45,270 bases of DNA from a virus (Duplodnaviria > Caudoviricetes): IMG/VR virus record IMGVR_UViG_3300017913_002579, positions 1 through 45,270 of that record. One strand, written 5' to 3'. The translations under genes and the position numbers were made by a program. The notes under the pieces are model-generated. The model saw only the letters and a list, made by a program, of their open reading frames with translations, did no database searches and had not been told where the DNA came from. Positions 14,601-20,995 of the stretch are shown in pieces (positions within the stretch are counted from its first letter, which is position 1; the number at the start of each line of letters is the position of its first letter).

Positions 14601-17600
14601 GGTAGGCGCGTATCAAATTGTCATTCAACCCAACCTGTTCAGCAAGCAGTTCATGGGCAACAATGAGAATACCAACTACGCCAGCGATGAGGCTCCCGAA
14701 AACCCATCAAAGACAAACACAACGATTCGCAGTTTGACTGACCAGCAAGTAGCAACTGTTGTTGCGCTTAAGTGGAATGGGTCGCAGTTTGACCTCATCC
14801 TCTCCGAGGCGACATCTGCTGATGTGCGCGGCTGTGAAATCTATGTCAACGAATTGATTCTTGACCACGATGCCTCAACCCGCGAACAGTTTGCCAACAC
14901 GCCAATTCTTGGTCTTGCCAACCCATTCGGCGTCAACGCTACATCGTCGGGGGCTTTTACGCGCCGCAGTATGCCGTATCATCCAAACATGTTCCATCGC
15001 TCAACGCCCGGTCACACAGTCACCGTTCCGTGGTGGAGCGTCGCGCTTGACTCTTCAACCATTTTTTCAACCAACAATTGGAAGCGCGTTGACCAATACC
15101 AACCCGATGATTACTACCACTTCTGTCGTTCAACGCTTGGTGGTGTAGGAACGCAAACGACGATGCTCGGCTACCCATCGCATTACCTTGATGTTTACAC
15201 AGAATACCTCACTTCAATGACGCCTGTTGCTGTTGTTGAGGGGGCAAGTCAATCTCTCAGCAAACTGTATGTGCGCAACAACACGCTGTTCCCGCTGGTC
15301 GGCAACGACTATTACAACAACCATCTTGTTATCGTTGACGATAACGGCGTTGAGCATACTGCGACTTACACCGACCGAGGCTACATTAGCGGAACAGGTG
15401 GCGCATCTCCTACCGTTTTCAACGGCGTGACGAATGTGACGGGTGGCTTTTGGACTGCCGCTACACAAGCGGCGGCTAAAACCGCTGATACCACTACGGC
15501 TGAAAATGGAGAAGTGCGACTGTCATCCCCTTACAACAATTTCAAAGCAAGCGAGTTTTACACCGACTCAAGAAAGAGTGTTGCTACGCGCAACTTGCCA
15601 CAGTTGCTATCGGGAACGCGTGACACCAACAGTATGCATTTACCCGACGCGTATCTGTGTCTTTGGCACTTTAACCTCGGTCGTCCGATGACTTGGTTCT
15701 CGGACAGCCGAACGAACAAAGGCGACGCGGCAGTTGACAAGAAAGCCTACAACCACGCGCCCGAACACTACGAAATGGTGCATTATCACGAGTTCACTTA
15801 CGCTATGAGCGACGGTCCGTTCAAGTTCCGCATGAAAGCATGGGAAGGTCCGGGCGATGGATTGACTGACACTTATCCCGACAGCAACTATCCGCATCAA
15901 GCAGGAACGGATGGAAAGTCGCGCAAGTATCAACTCGGTGCATTTTGGTCGGGAGGTCATCGTTTTGGTGCGCAAATGAGTTCATTGTCGCTTTACGGCA
16001 CAGCCTCCGTCGGCTGGCGAAATAGGTGGGACAACGCTACTATCAAAACGGTCAGCGACAGTAAAGGGCTGGTTGTAATTGATGCCAATGTTGAATTGAT
16101 GACTGAAAGCATCAACTCGGAATTGACAAACCGAAACGCGGGGTGGGGTTATCGCGTTAGCGTTCGTCAACCCTACAACCGACCTCGTTGGGCTATCAAG
16201 GCTAACCAAGCGTTGCGCGACCCCTATGCATATCATCACTACCACGCCGAAGGTCCGTTTGTTGGCATTGACGGCGCAAGTATGATTACCTCCAATCAAA
16301 CAGGAACGGGCAACTCAACGACAACAACGACAACTGACCCTGCTTACATTGGCATTCTTGAGCGACAAACCAACGCTTCTGCGCTTGTAGGTAGCGACCT
16401 CAAAGGACAGCAGGTGAAATACAGCGACGGACGCCGAATGACCAAAGGGTTTGGTTGCGCGGTGCGAAACATCCGCAACCCATCAACAGCCATCCGTCGC
16501 TTCCATGCTGACATGCCTGCTGGACTGAAAGCGGGAACGGATGTTGTTGACCAGCGTGTCAATCTCGCGCTCGCTCAAGCACACTACATGATTGATTGGT
16601 GGGGGAACACAACAGGGGAAGAGGTGCGCCGATTCCCTGTTCGCGGATTTGGTATTCGCCCATCGTGGGATGCAGAAGATGCCTATCGCGCAACTGATAG
16701 GACCAAGACTGCTGAAACAATGTTTAGTGATTCAGCGTTGCGCATATCAGTTGCGGCTGAACAATTCTTTGACCCTGCAACAGCCAAGCGTGTAGGTGAC
16801 CGTGGAGACGGGCGCGGCGTTCGCTATCCGACTTATTTCAACGAAGACATTCTGCAAGATGTGTCCGAAGATATGCGTCCGTTTGGGTTAGTGTTGTCGC
16901 ACCACACGAGCGAACCTCCGTTCACCAACGGTTTGATTCGCCCTTCAAATGTTCAATTGGAAAATCACGAAATGCCTCGCGGCATCAGCGCGCGCTTAGA
17001 GTTAGCAGGCGACGATGGGTTGCTTAAGCGAGAAGCAAATATCGGAACGAACATTGAGAAATCAAACTTCAATTTCATGCGAGAACCAATTGCAAAATCA
17101 AAACCGCGTATTGGTTTGGATGCAATGACCGTTGGTGAAAACGACGGAGAGATGGGGGCGAACTACGCTATCGCAAGCACCGAGGCTCACAGTCTGCACA
17201 CCGACCGGCAGGTTGGACAACGATTCATCCTTGCAGGAGGCGTCAGCACATCGGACCGCGCGGTGTCAAATCTCAACTTACACGCGCTCAAAATGAACGC
17301 CAAACAGGTTCTCAAGTTTGGGACGACGCATGGCATACCTGTCATGGGCGGAACGCACATTTTGGAAGTATCGTCTGAGGGTGAACCAATCAACGACTAT
17401 CAATGGGGCGCTTCAAGCGGAGTGACAACCAATCCGTATCAAACAAGCAATCACGACTCAACCTCTTACAAGACAAACGCGAAGGATGAAACCATCAAGT
17501 TCCTTGTTCGCCCTGTGCGCGTCCTTGACAACAAGCACATTGAGTTGTTCCGTAGCGATGCGACACACCCTCTTTCGGCTACTGCCGCAGGTCGCTATGG

Positions 17601-18018
17601 TCTGTTTGTTTACGACACGCCGAACGCACGCGCGGCTGACAGCGCTTCTTCCTACATGCGAGGTAGCAACCCTGCACCGAACAACCCGCCATACGCGCCT
17701 GCTTACTTGTTTGACCTTTCGCAATCAACAAACATTCCATCAAGCGTAGGTCCTAAGATTCCGGGTAGTGAAGCGAGTGACTTCAAGACAACGGCGACGC
17801 AGGCTGTTGCGCGTATGATTGTCAGCAACAACACGCTCCAACACTTCCGCGGCGACGCGAGCCGCAGGCAATCTGTGCGCACCGACGAGGCTGTCTTTGT
17901 GCGACTTGATTACAGCGTGCAACCGCGCTACACGCAATCGCTTTATGCAGGCGATGATTTGAACACGAGCGAGCATGAAAACGAAGGTGACCGAACAGAC
18001 AAGGATGTGAATCTATGA
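2674..18018 (+). CDS. Giant virion/tail protein (5114 aa) with N-terminal LamG/concanavalin-A-like domain
   Basis: ATG at 2674 lies 1 nt after the upstream stop, so the track start at 2542 is an overlap extension. LamG-like motifs: ALFFNGVSD, FTLEAWVSPD, VKLYVNGEL, LFIGG, YRGYIE, IGLWRFEE. The frame is uninterrupted for 15.3 kb within the tail module. Confidence 0.75.
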   Translation: MAVIGQTSHALFFNGVSDSVVCPQGDFTQTGHKRVLGGNDARSSAPVLQDGDSHRYANGINQSLDKFTLEAWVSPDCGGVIASKAGLFELRMGSVDAPAPASFSVTFSNGVSLIATTALNYPTAADSFVSNDVGYNVGQRELYHIMGEFNGRQVKLYVNGELMASERMNKKHTCNVNDQDLFIGGEGGEYRGYIESVHWKRDVSEVSTRAQPTLRSTSTIGLWRFEEPVEVDDTEFNITSAVSAGDTTITIGSTQCQSLYELVSGKSDTLSSNYTLESLGNYRVANAAHSGGAQVISVAHTPFNLIINPTGTDTLTGIPNDSPPERVRLKRINTDGTITVDSIHLDFGVSADTGSRGVLHARTALDTSNNLANDSTIVLVRSDLLIDAISGKPYQTLGTGSQAIDRTGAMVIDESGNGFHGFMFSRSVATGNNFSPSSWSLDERFKIGHTGRHKFTHREGHPYLRLLPPTHSQDVTRTIDGIADDVLVTFAGPYLGLKEQLPINSKVDVTHTAINSRISQIIIRTETKGIVRNGLASIDAHRDGVIAISVEDIRPFLLKGGGIDVDSTDDAQYKKHLTPETESRVAILEVSGLDAGYVEIHYNAIDLTGGKMGLSDPALLITKTVPDAGSYLNGKRVAEHIADAVGANATIHSAGGIIYATPQDIGDGNIALLPHYLVGDNAGGVDYEDDLDESLIPSNYTPRNTGDEPSKPPQGLGTTKHPSAYHKLHLQPRKRGASDPPVGEAPVRYQEEKQFASQKGGAFEMFDIIDNDKDGDNYIFIVQPSKRERTMQLSRVTPLTVDSADPTRFLVEFTQSVCRMSSMRIKDSSAGRMLFMEGKGLMDDVSDQTVSYSGDGSPDSHIVKEIQPGAPVVSVTLGGAGQGAVNTKPTWDPATLSRIGWNTRHAVATQASGISTTLYQIDVTPLNNSSLTSWGTYGFPATGRIYLTNGANAEYTSRTGITFQFSASATAGSGTFKLSNGREVLTFSDWVTQSKLTFGDDILLDSLFNSSSICADGTTVNDRLFQSIGSVQHDYQLGTQYASTRALVEIPLFPQQFFEDRDAGIFPGPDNSMKLHLDATMTAHTWNPSPVGRRAPSYPANDYEAFGQYQYRLVNNLPIRATVNRYERRGSSTTLHIQEGVGRIPESDFDAAGTVRGVSIGRARRVILGNGEWAYYDKAGNSITLSHTKGHSSEDFFSSLEVGSQIIVGAVADGNNFPMTGDADYASSAQEYRRPFYYDRGSVMTQGGNLDYGLRQYVSAVEFKAGPLANPHLPRIETRGAKLKLITVKTGQTFYFEGDLPKGHLPTNYAFAAVNEDTGRKYQITYNSSTAVNELTTAAHPVLDSTAPNLSAGDVITVIGIYATNATTLPLKQEDGIANATWNNPYCGGGLRYGDTVWMNMHYTNPHAIEGMFCKSRGVLNEYEVWSGFNGGKTALEDEARNTLPLENFLIGDTCIETARNFVQHVNKTIELNWSELGHTTNAPVVAYLDPYLTTETHARVLLYDVAHDREFIAFHDLHMQVQSSAATPTIDGLDVAAGFKTQRKDKATTSSTDSQTINSNSYDLIKDEGKSRFVEGAYAHKMWWLMDNDYLATSGVASNNYVRKSRATDHIVAFGDESAEFGQGRVSQSIVDINKAALRHAETVDHDVSEAIIDDDTGHYEFSATFFDSPEGTRVISAFLCLKGKRATNNALSDHYESQLQHLPHWEEMDFVRRLTIDMGEVGLREGVTDIEAAAREVVRLINQGGALNGRSSQRRPSDQYAGEGERFDINRRSVSVAGSDTNEPTDATAIHHHADFAVTGSTHDPAPFWMNSAFTSFDRGSHMGYLRAHIGRVVEDANGNEGYSIVIHSTVPGATGRNFCAWLDNSKSQAEYKPQFLIGHGGRFRNFFCSPPEMAGENMHPAPMPIDKNGKPFAPITTLREYVALDEVADEFITNLHLGYNANYNSGEDFDSANTGATTGRSSNSGAMESFENAGHKFTVREGLQTGTRAKARINFGGIVASGVPGFAPDAGLWGFGEDGKSSGRFVKIYGEYLTSSSSYYSSYSAYVPSSEVNDTITGTQSLYGLKMVDHRGKSHILRYIYRRAGQTFAHKNTVMPTTLDEETLIHFDDRDIAQGGFTIGAHMWGEGSVGTPFFYSATVENQWRGNKWRGVYTPNAGYAVSIDPSMATNTLGIHDASGYGYHDGGIWHHLPDVDDVLGWMGFPDSGLIWVAAPNSTTTYETSGIVFSYTSRTHNGRGGPHTFFGLKGDDADAVVSTYFSTAAKQGPTAYNNNATPIIISPHLNQTTIVTDELIAAATAYAFTVDPNEDDQFFDCSHLRAPDGRTYGDIMGSAAQTAIKITKFNPNKQVIPLRTMFSVSLSKDWGINASSKESANINASHGSDGQFGGVITTTQDLNALMLDCGYLPSTLLTITTRYRGYNANTATPILIDQNNNAVPTDDWQKHLRGDKFTRFEGDHITPALESHTFELDTQSGSLPSGEKDTYQLELRDPHNFAVLGRQYAWQLQHVDTSGNNLNRDSHDEFGGAIDGSWSPFKRMDLTEDSYIYCAAFSPIERGGGEATDVTAQMIGWHNEEAKGDFRTLLGSTGQLMQRFKFVNDIQGMRLRANRRGNPLLYFRGAHDSLDHHVPLYFGGGFSGVVMDINDGSRVDYSTHNKHPYASGPTGSAGLQNIGENMGAFALLDTAAMFAMFPAAPLANQHRGEATPPFANVDAVLNPDIDGNTDTHDIPNTTYTNVKIAKPMPIILRFAHPYARYDDTTNCVAYMIFGPGQAVPKHWRGESQTLTTSVEPSAKWTAAWKKYCSKDGDMTTTFNQGVASGYHLPNELSNGELNGANDEFLPPTNAYGANNVFPYETYRHWEPSYGSPNSAFNHTLSTQGRYVSSHFWGPTGTKSGSELVAHPFSHYSISARFSSAITNFSANKLIYHLDGGYTAGGSWFDNGVRKNAPHPVTATLVNSANGAVSYIDRIGLNATMFRVGSQVLTEYDHDLSESVPDDVFLIDATRCQNSEELGAVVAAAINTFPGRANLKALGGSFLPSFQDAQRQDKYGWIDVGDLGTYSDPTAGSLVSIATAPLPMTLPENGWIRVANGTNAYYGYYSHYDVANGTFVLGNNFADSQARLEDPTTGAGVNSLTGENYKVFVWSKAGCLRWDNGFQKASASSRNTAVTASGQMSNSPFDHYASTQVHFSGVTDAIDRTRAVGAIGWHGERYSYLNSLNISDKVAAGLGAWHPMLGFNPYGSGMACHQPKSLEWTLETNEGSDSSDFTWTPKTNVHDATGLHQRHFVVISYEGDLPIIAKASRNGQKACGDMLQLKWGGTQGGTVTAYHNERFNNDRYSAESNAGPHVEALYDTTMTRPTDDSPLWTTAAATAAELTQAETCLFPTGDLFFDKQENPNNAHYPSDALFDSETAKVEMTGYDTYSTHRSGVNTYWRDRSAARNFFVEHVVWKRMGGGNLTLPAQNARGLGGVPWQIHKVGSDYVKFGETIYGNVRFSFESTNAAMFPIIQAQELAHPALAEQYPYEVRNALNIPNEEMQFATATVVDDTGQEHTLEGGSPLGVVIRDYELVHDRENEGLAPALAGSGVSPNMKIRLPNHDEIPGNILVRAGFDRLQAYQHETMGSGGMHHPSQPVQGVVDVFESDASRPKTAPRWEQEGYEHINQNPNHFPDSNNSLQSRNILETAYEPHDRALYFHVTKMGYTYTEREPLSIVSNTMTLNRLTIDEVGTDTITTNEFINGDIWKQDPTPDGRYFISVNGTIASFTDPDDDLDGTTKVFENVVFAPDFTASANDSIKPSFYVPAGSTRHFAARRLRDHAEVSGNSPDKPHTDWTSVATNTSPADEVRNANKLTPMPLPRMGHHYVTPTMAVMPGHLAHPLYQKLNAEARACFGATDMDTDKAIHNPLLWFSGTTAPHPPSDIHGDGFTLLTETKLRFDGYGIADESASCNAVGGHRIQLESGTNYNTSWNFPDPAEVGAYQIVIQPNLFSKQFMGNNENTNYASDEAPENPSKTNTTIRSLTDQQVATVVALKWNGSQFDLILSEATSADVRGCEIYVNELILDHDASTREQFANTPILGLANPFGVNATSSGAFTRRSMPYHPNMFHRSTPGHTVTVPWWSVALDSSTIFSTNNWKRVDQYQPDDYYHFCRSTLGGVGTQTTMLGYPSHYLDVYTEYLTSMTPVAVVEGASQSLSKLYVRNNTLFPLVGNDYYNNHLVIVDDNGVEHTATYTDRGYISGTGGASPTVFNGVTNVTGGFWTAATQAAAKTADTTTAENGEVRLSSPYNNFKASEFYTDSRKSVATRNLPQLLSGTRDTNSMHLPDAYLCLWHFNLGRPMTWFSDSRTNKGDAAVDKKAYNHAPEHYEMVHYHEFTYAMSDGPFKFRMKAWEGPGDGLTDTYPDSNYPHQAGTDGKSRKYQLGAFWSGGHRFGAQMSSLSLYGTASVGWRNRWDNATIKTVSDSKGLVVIDANVELMTESINSELTNRNAGWGYRVSVRQPYNRPRWAIKANQALRDPYAYHHYHAEGPFVGIDGASMITSNQTGTGNSTTTTTTDPAYIGILERQTNASALVGSDLKGQQVKYSDGRRMTKGFGCAVRNIRNPSTAIRRFHADMPAGLKAGTDVVDQRVNLALAQAHYMIDWWGNTTGEEVRRFPVRGFGIRPSWDAEDAYRATDRTKTAETMFSDSALRISVAAEQFFDPATAKRVGDRGDGRGVRYPTYFNEDILQDVSEDMRPFGLVLSHHTSEPPFTNGLIRPSNVQLENHEMPRGISARLELAGDDGLLKREANIGTNIEKSNFNFMREPIAKSKPRIGLDAMTVGENDGEMGANYAIASTEAHSLHTDRQVGQRFILAGGVSTSDRAVSNLNLHALKMNAKQVLKFGTTHGIPVMGGTHILEVSSEGEPINDYQWGASSGVTTNPYQTSNHDSTSYKTNAKDETIKFLVRPVRVLDNKHIELFRSDATHPLSATAAGRYGLFVYDTPNARAADSASSYMRGSNPAPNNPPYAPAYLFDLSQSTNIPSSVGPKIPGSEASDFKTTATQAVARMIVSNNTLQHFRGDASRRQSVRTDEAVFVRLDYSVQPRYTQSLYAGDDLNTSEHENEGDRTDKDVNL

Positions 18019-19685
18019 CCTACACCATTCCTTCTCCTGTCAACACATCGTATGCTGGACCAACGAAGGGTCGTAGCGACGCTATCCACGATGAAGTCGG
18101 TGCAGTCGTTGAAGAGCCTACATTCGTGGACAATGCTGTGCATCATGTTGTTTACAAGACGGCGCAGTCAAACGGTTTGACAGCGCAAGTGGATAAGCCA
18201 AACCAAAGCGATTTCCAAAGCACGCACCCGCGACGCTACCGATTAACCGAAGAAGACGCTGGTGTAAGACTCGCTCATGAATCGCATGAAGACGCACCCT
18301 TCTTTGATGGACAGCAACTATCACCGTCGTCAAAGCGACCCATGCTACTTTACGACGCAAAGGACCCTGTAAACCGATTGAGAACGGACGCTGTGACAGC
18401 GACGACAAAAGGTGTTCGTATCGCGCTTAACAACATGAAAGGACGAACATTGGCTGATTTGCAAATGGGCGAGACGCGGCATGTTTACGCTGGACAGACT
18501 GTTAGCGTAGGTCTGCGTAGCACAGACTTGGTTGAAAAGTTGTTCAGCAAAGCGTTGCATGGGTTGAACAGCGTTAGCACAAAGGGGACAAGCACGCTGT
18601 TCGTCGCCAAGAACTTCCAATCGCTCGTCGTCCCAAGCGCTGTTCGTTCCGTTGCGCGACACGACCACTTCATCATGTATTACGACCGATTCGGCAATTT
18701 CACTTACGCACCGAAGGTGTTCAAAGTCAAAGACCGAAAGTTGGGCGTTCAGCGGGGCGTCGGCGACACCAGCGTTGACCCCATCGTGGATGTTGCAAAT
18801 CGCGTCACGGTAAAGGGAAGAGGCATCGCAGTCAACGACACAATCAGCGCGCAGGTGGACGACGCTGAGTCGCAAAAGAAACTTGGCTCCATCAAACAAA
18901 TGACGGTGTTTGACCCAACCGCAAACAACGAATCAACTGCGCGCAAGTCTGCAAGTCAAGCATTGCGTTTGAACAAGAAAGCGCAGGGAGCGTTGGTGTC
19001 CAACAGACACACGCTGTCGTGGGACTTGGAGCCTGCTGACATTGTTGAATACAATTCAGCCATAGGGGATGTGCGTCAAGCGCTTATTGAGGTCAACCAC
19101 TCATCCAGCGGAGAATCAAACTTCCAAATGATTTCTTACGAAGCGGGGCTTGAATCTGTGCTGACAGGGTTTGGCGACGATGCTGACAATAGTGAGGAGG
19201 AGAATGAAACCGACCGCTCTTTCCAAATCGTCAAAGTCAACAAGAGTGGAGTTGGCAATGCTGATTTGCGCGTCACAGGGGTGCTTACGGTCAAACCCGT
19301 CATCAGCACGCTGGCGCGAACAAAGACAAGCGGTGGCAACACCTCCCCCGATATTCACGCAGGCTTCCTTTTAGGACACAGGAACGCAGGCTATGGCGCA
19401 GGCAGGTCAGCACTCGGCTTTGGCATCACACGACGCATTAGCGCAACACACAGTAGCGGAACCATCACCGTGACCAGCACCGACGGATTCGCTGACAGCG
19501 GACACCTCATCCTTGATGACCAAACGCTTGTTTCTTACAGCGCAAAAACAGCAACTACCTTCACGGGCGCAACGCTGATTAGCGGAGCGACCATACCGTC
19601 AACCATCTCGGAGTTGCGAATGCTACGCCCACGCGCACATGAAATGAGGACAGTCAAGGGACGAAAGATACGGAGGAAGATTTGA
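18015..19685 (+). CDS. Putative baseplate hub / tail tip protein (556 aa)
   Basis: ATGA overlap. The segment VANRVTVKG...DDAESQKKLG...DPTANNESTARKSASQAL...LEPADIVEY resembles hub/Tal-type tail proteins. C-terminal STDGFADSGHLILDDQTLVSYSAKTATTFTG is a tail-protein repeat. Confidence 0.55.
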   Translation: MTYTIPSPVNTSYAGPTKGRSDAIHDEVGAVVEEPTFVDNAVHHVVYKTAQSNGLTAQVDKPNQSDFQSTHPRRYRLTEEDAGVRLAHESHEDAPFFDGQQLSPSSKRPMLLYDAKDPVNRLRTDAVTATTKGVRIALNNMKGRTLADLQMGETRHVYAGQTVSVGLRSTDLVEKLFSKALHGLNSVSTKGTSTLFVAKNFQSLVVPSAVRSVARHDHFIMYYDRFGNFTYAPKVFKVKDRKLGVQRGVGDTSVDPIVDVANRVTVKGRGIAVNDTISAQVDDAESQKKLGSIKQMTVFDPTANNESTARKSASQALRLNKKAQGALVSNRHTLSWDLEPADIVEYNSAIGDVRQALIEVNHSSSGESNFQMISYEAGLESVLTGFGDDADNSEEENETDRSFQIVKVNKSGVGNADLRVTGVLTVKPVISTLARTKTSGGNTSPDIHAGFLLGHRNAGYGAGRSALGFGITRRISATHSSGTITVTSTDGFADSGHLILDDQTLVSYSAKTATTFTGATLISGATIPSTISELRMLRPRAHEMRTVKGRKIRRKI

Positions 19686-20032
19686 TGCCAATGCTTAACG
19701 CTGTCAAAAGACGCTTGGTTGAACACCTTGCTACGCTTGTCAACGAGTTGCACATTGGGAGCGACGGAACAGTCGCGACCTCCGACGATGGCGGTGCGCG
19801 AACGCTGGCACGAGTTGTGCCGCGCGTGCAAGTCATTGACGACACCAGCCTGCTCGTTGAAGGCTCCTTCAACGCATCCTATGTTTTTACCAAGCCGATT
19901 CAAGAGGTTTACATTCAATACAAAGACGCATCCACAGGCGAGTTCATTCCTGTGTATCGCGCGGACATTAACTCGTTTACAAAGAACGCACAGAATGAGG
20001 TGCGCTTCTCATTCATATTGGAGGTGGCATGA
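19685..20032 (+). CDS. Small putative tail/baseplate protein (115 aa)
   Basis: TGATG overlap with the upstream stop and GGAGG upstream. HIGSDGTVATSDD...FTKNAQNEVRFSF resembles fibre-attachment domains (weak similarity). Confidence 0.45.
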   Translation: MPMLNAVKRRLVEHLATLVNELHIGSDGTVATSDDGGARTLARVVPRVQVIDDTSLLVEGSFNASYVFTKPIQEVYIQYKDASTGEFIPVYRADINSFTKNAQNEVRFSFILEVA

Positions 20033-20460
20033 TGGTTGACGATTACATGGCTTGTGAACAATGCAATGGTAGTGGCGGTCATGGAATGCACAATGGGCGC
20101 AAAATACATTGCATGTCCTGTGGAGGAACAGGTTTTCACCCCGATGAAGTGCGTCATCCGCAAGACACCGACAACGACGACAGGATGGATATTGAGCCGG
20201 AATTTTTGGGCGAACTCGTCGCTGAAAAAGAGCATCACCCCGATAGCATATTGGGACAAGCGCAAAATAAATTCGGTATTGATGTGGGGAAGCCTCAAGG
20301 TGCGCCAATTTTTGGTCAAACCGACAAACATGGTCAACCGTCGTTTGGTTACATGCGTTTTGCTGGCACAGGAACACCAACGAAAAATCCCGCGGCGGAG
20401 ATTTTTCGGCGCGGCAACCCAATGGACATAGCGTGGAGGATGCTGAAACATGACTTTTGA
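20029..20460 (+). CDS. Zn-finger (CxxCxGxG x2) protein with C-terminal NPMDIAWRMLK tag
   Basis: CEQCNGSG and CMSCGGTG are DnaJ-type Cys motifs. GGAGGTGG SD and ATGA overlap. Ends GNPMDIAWRMLKHDF. Confidence 0.7.
   Translation: MMVDDYMACEQCNGSGGHGMHNGRKIHCMSCGGTGFHPDEVRHPQDTDNDDRMDIEPEFLGELVAEKEHHPDSILGQAQNKFGIDVGKPQGAPIFGQTDKHGQPSFGYMRFAGTGTPTKNPAAEIFRRGNPMDIAWRMLKHDF
20415..20454 (+). repeat. 40-nt direct repeat, copy 1 (encodes NPMDIAWRMLKHD plus SD and ATG of the next gene)
   Basis: caacccaatggacatagcgtggaggatgctgaaacatgac is 36/40 identical to 20950-20989. All four differences are synonymous. Confidence 0.9.
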
Positions 20461-20995
20461 AGACCCTCTTGACAAGGAATACGCGTGTCCTCAATGTGGA
20501 GGACAGGGGGTATTCTTTGAGGGTCCATTTGACGGAGAAGGTGGCACAGACTACGACGAGATTACTTGCTTCACTTGTAAAGGAACAGGCTCGGTTGAGC
20601 CGACTCACCACCCCGGCGAGGACGGTAAAGGCGCGCGAGCCATGACTGTTTTTGACACTCGCGAAGAACAACACAGAAAAGACTACGATGTTGAAAACGC
20701 AATGCCGCATGGGAACATGGCGGTGATGGGTGGTGATGGAGACATAAGGGACCCTTACAGACAAGGATTTAGGCGTGATGGAGAAGTGAAGATGACGAGA
20801 ACTCCTATCGTATCCGATGAAGAAATTGCAAGCACAGACCCCGCCCTTCGTCACCGATTGCCTTCTGTTTACATGCGCGAGATGGGAGGGCAACCAACAA
20901 ACACAGGGTTGAACATAGCAGGCGCAAGTCATCCCCTTTTTGTAAGGAGCAATCCAATGGATATAGCATGGAGGATGTTGAAACATGACGACTGA
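20450..20995 (+). CDS. Zn-finger (CxxCxGxG x2) protein with C-terminal NPMDIAWRMLK tag
   Basis: CPQCGGQG and CFTCKGTG motifs. GGAGG at 20435-20439 precedes ATG 20450. Ends SNPMDIAWRMLKHDD. Confidence 0.7.
   Translation: MTFEDPLDKEYACPQCGGQGVFFEGPFDGEGGTDYDEITCFTCKGTGSVEPTHHPGEDGKGARAMTVFDTREEQHRKDYDVENAMPHGNMAVMGGDGDIRDPYRQGFRRDGEVKMTRTPIVSDEEIASTDPALRHRLPSVYMREMGGQPTNTGLNIAGASHPLFVRSNPMDIAWRMLKHDD
20950..20989 (+). repeat. 40-nt direct repeat, copy 2
   Basis: caatccaatggatatagcatggaggatgttgaaacatgac contains GGAGG (20970-20974) and the ATG (20985) of the tail fibre gene. Confidence 0.9.

Noticed and set aside
20415-20989. 40-nt repeat pair as a diversity-generating retroelement TR/VR
   Set aside because: The repeat is too short, the differences are synonymous and not adenine-specific, and there is no reverse transcriptase in the window.
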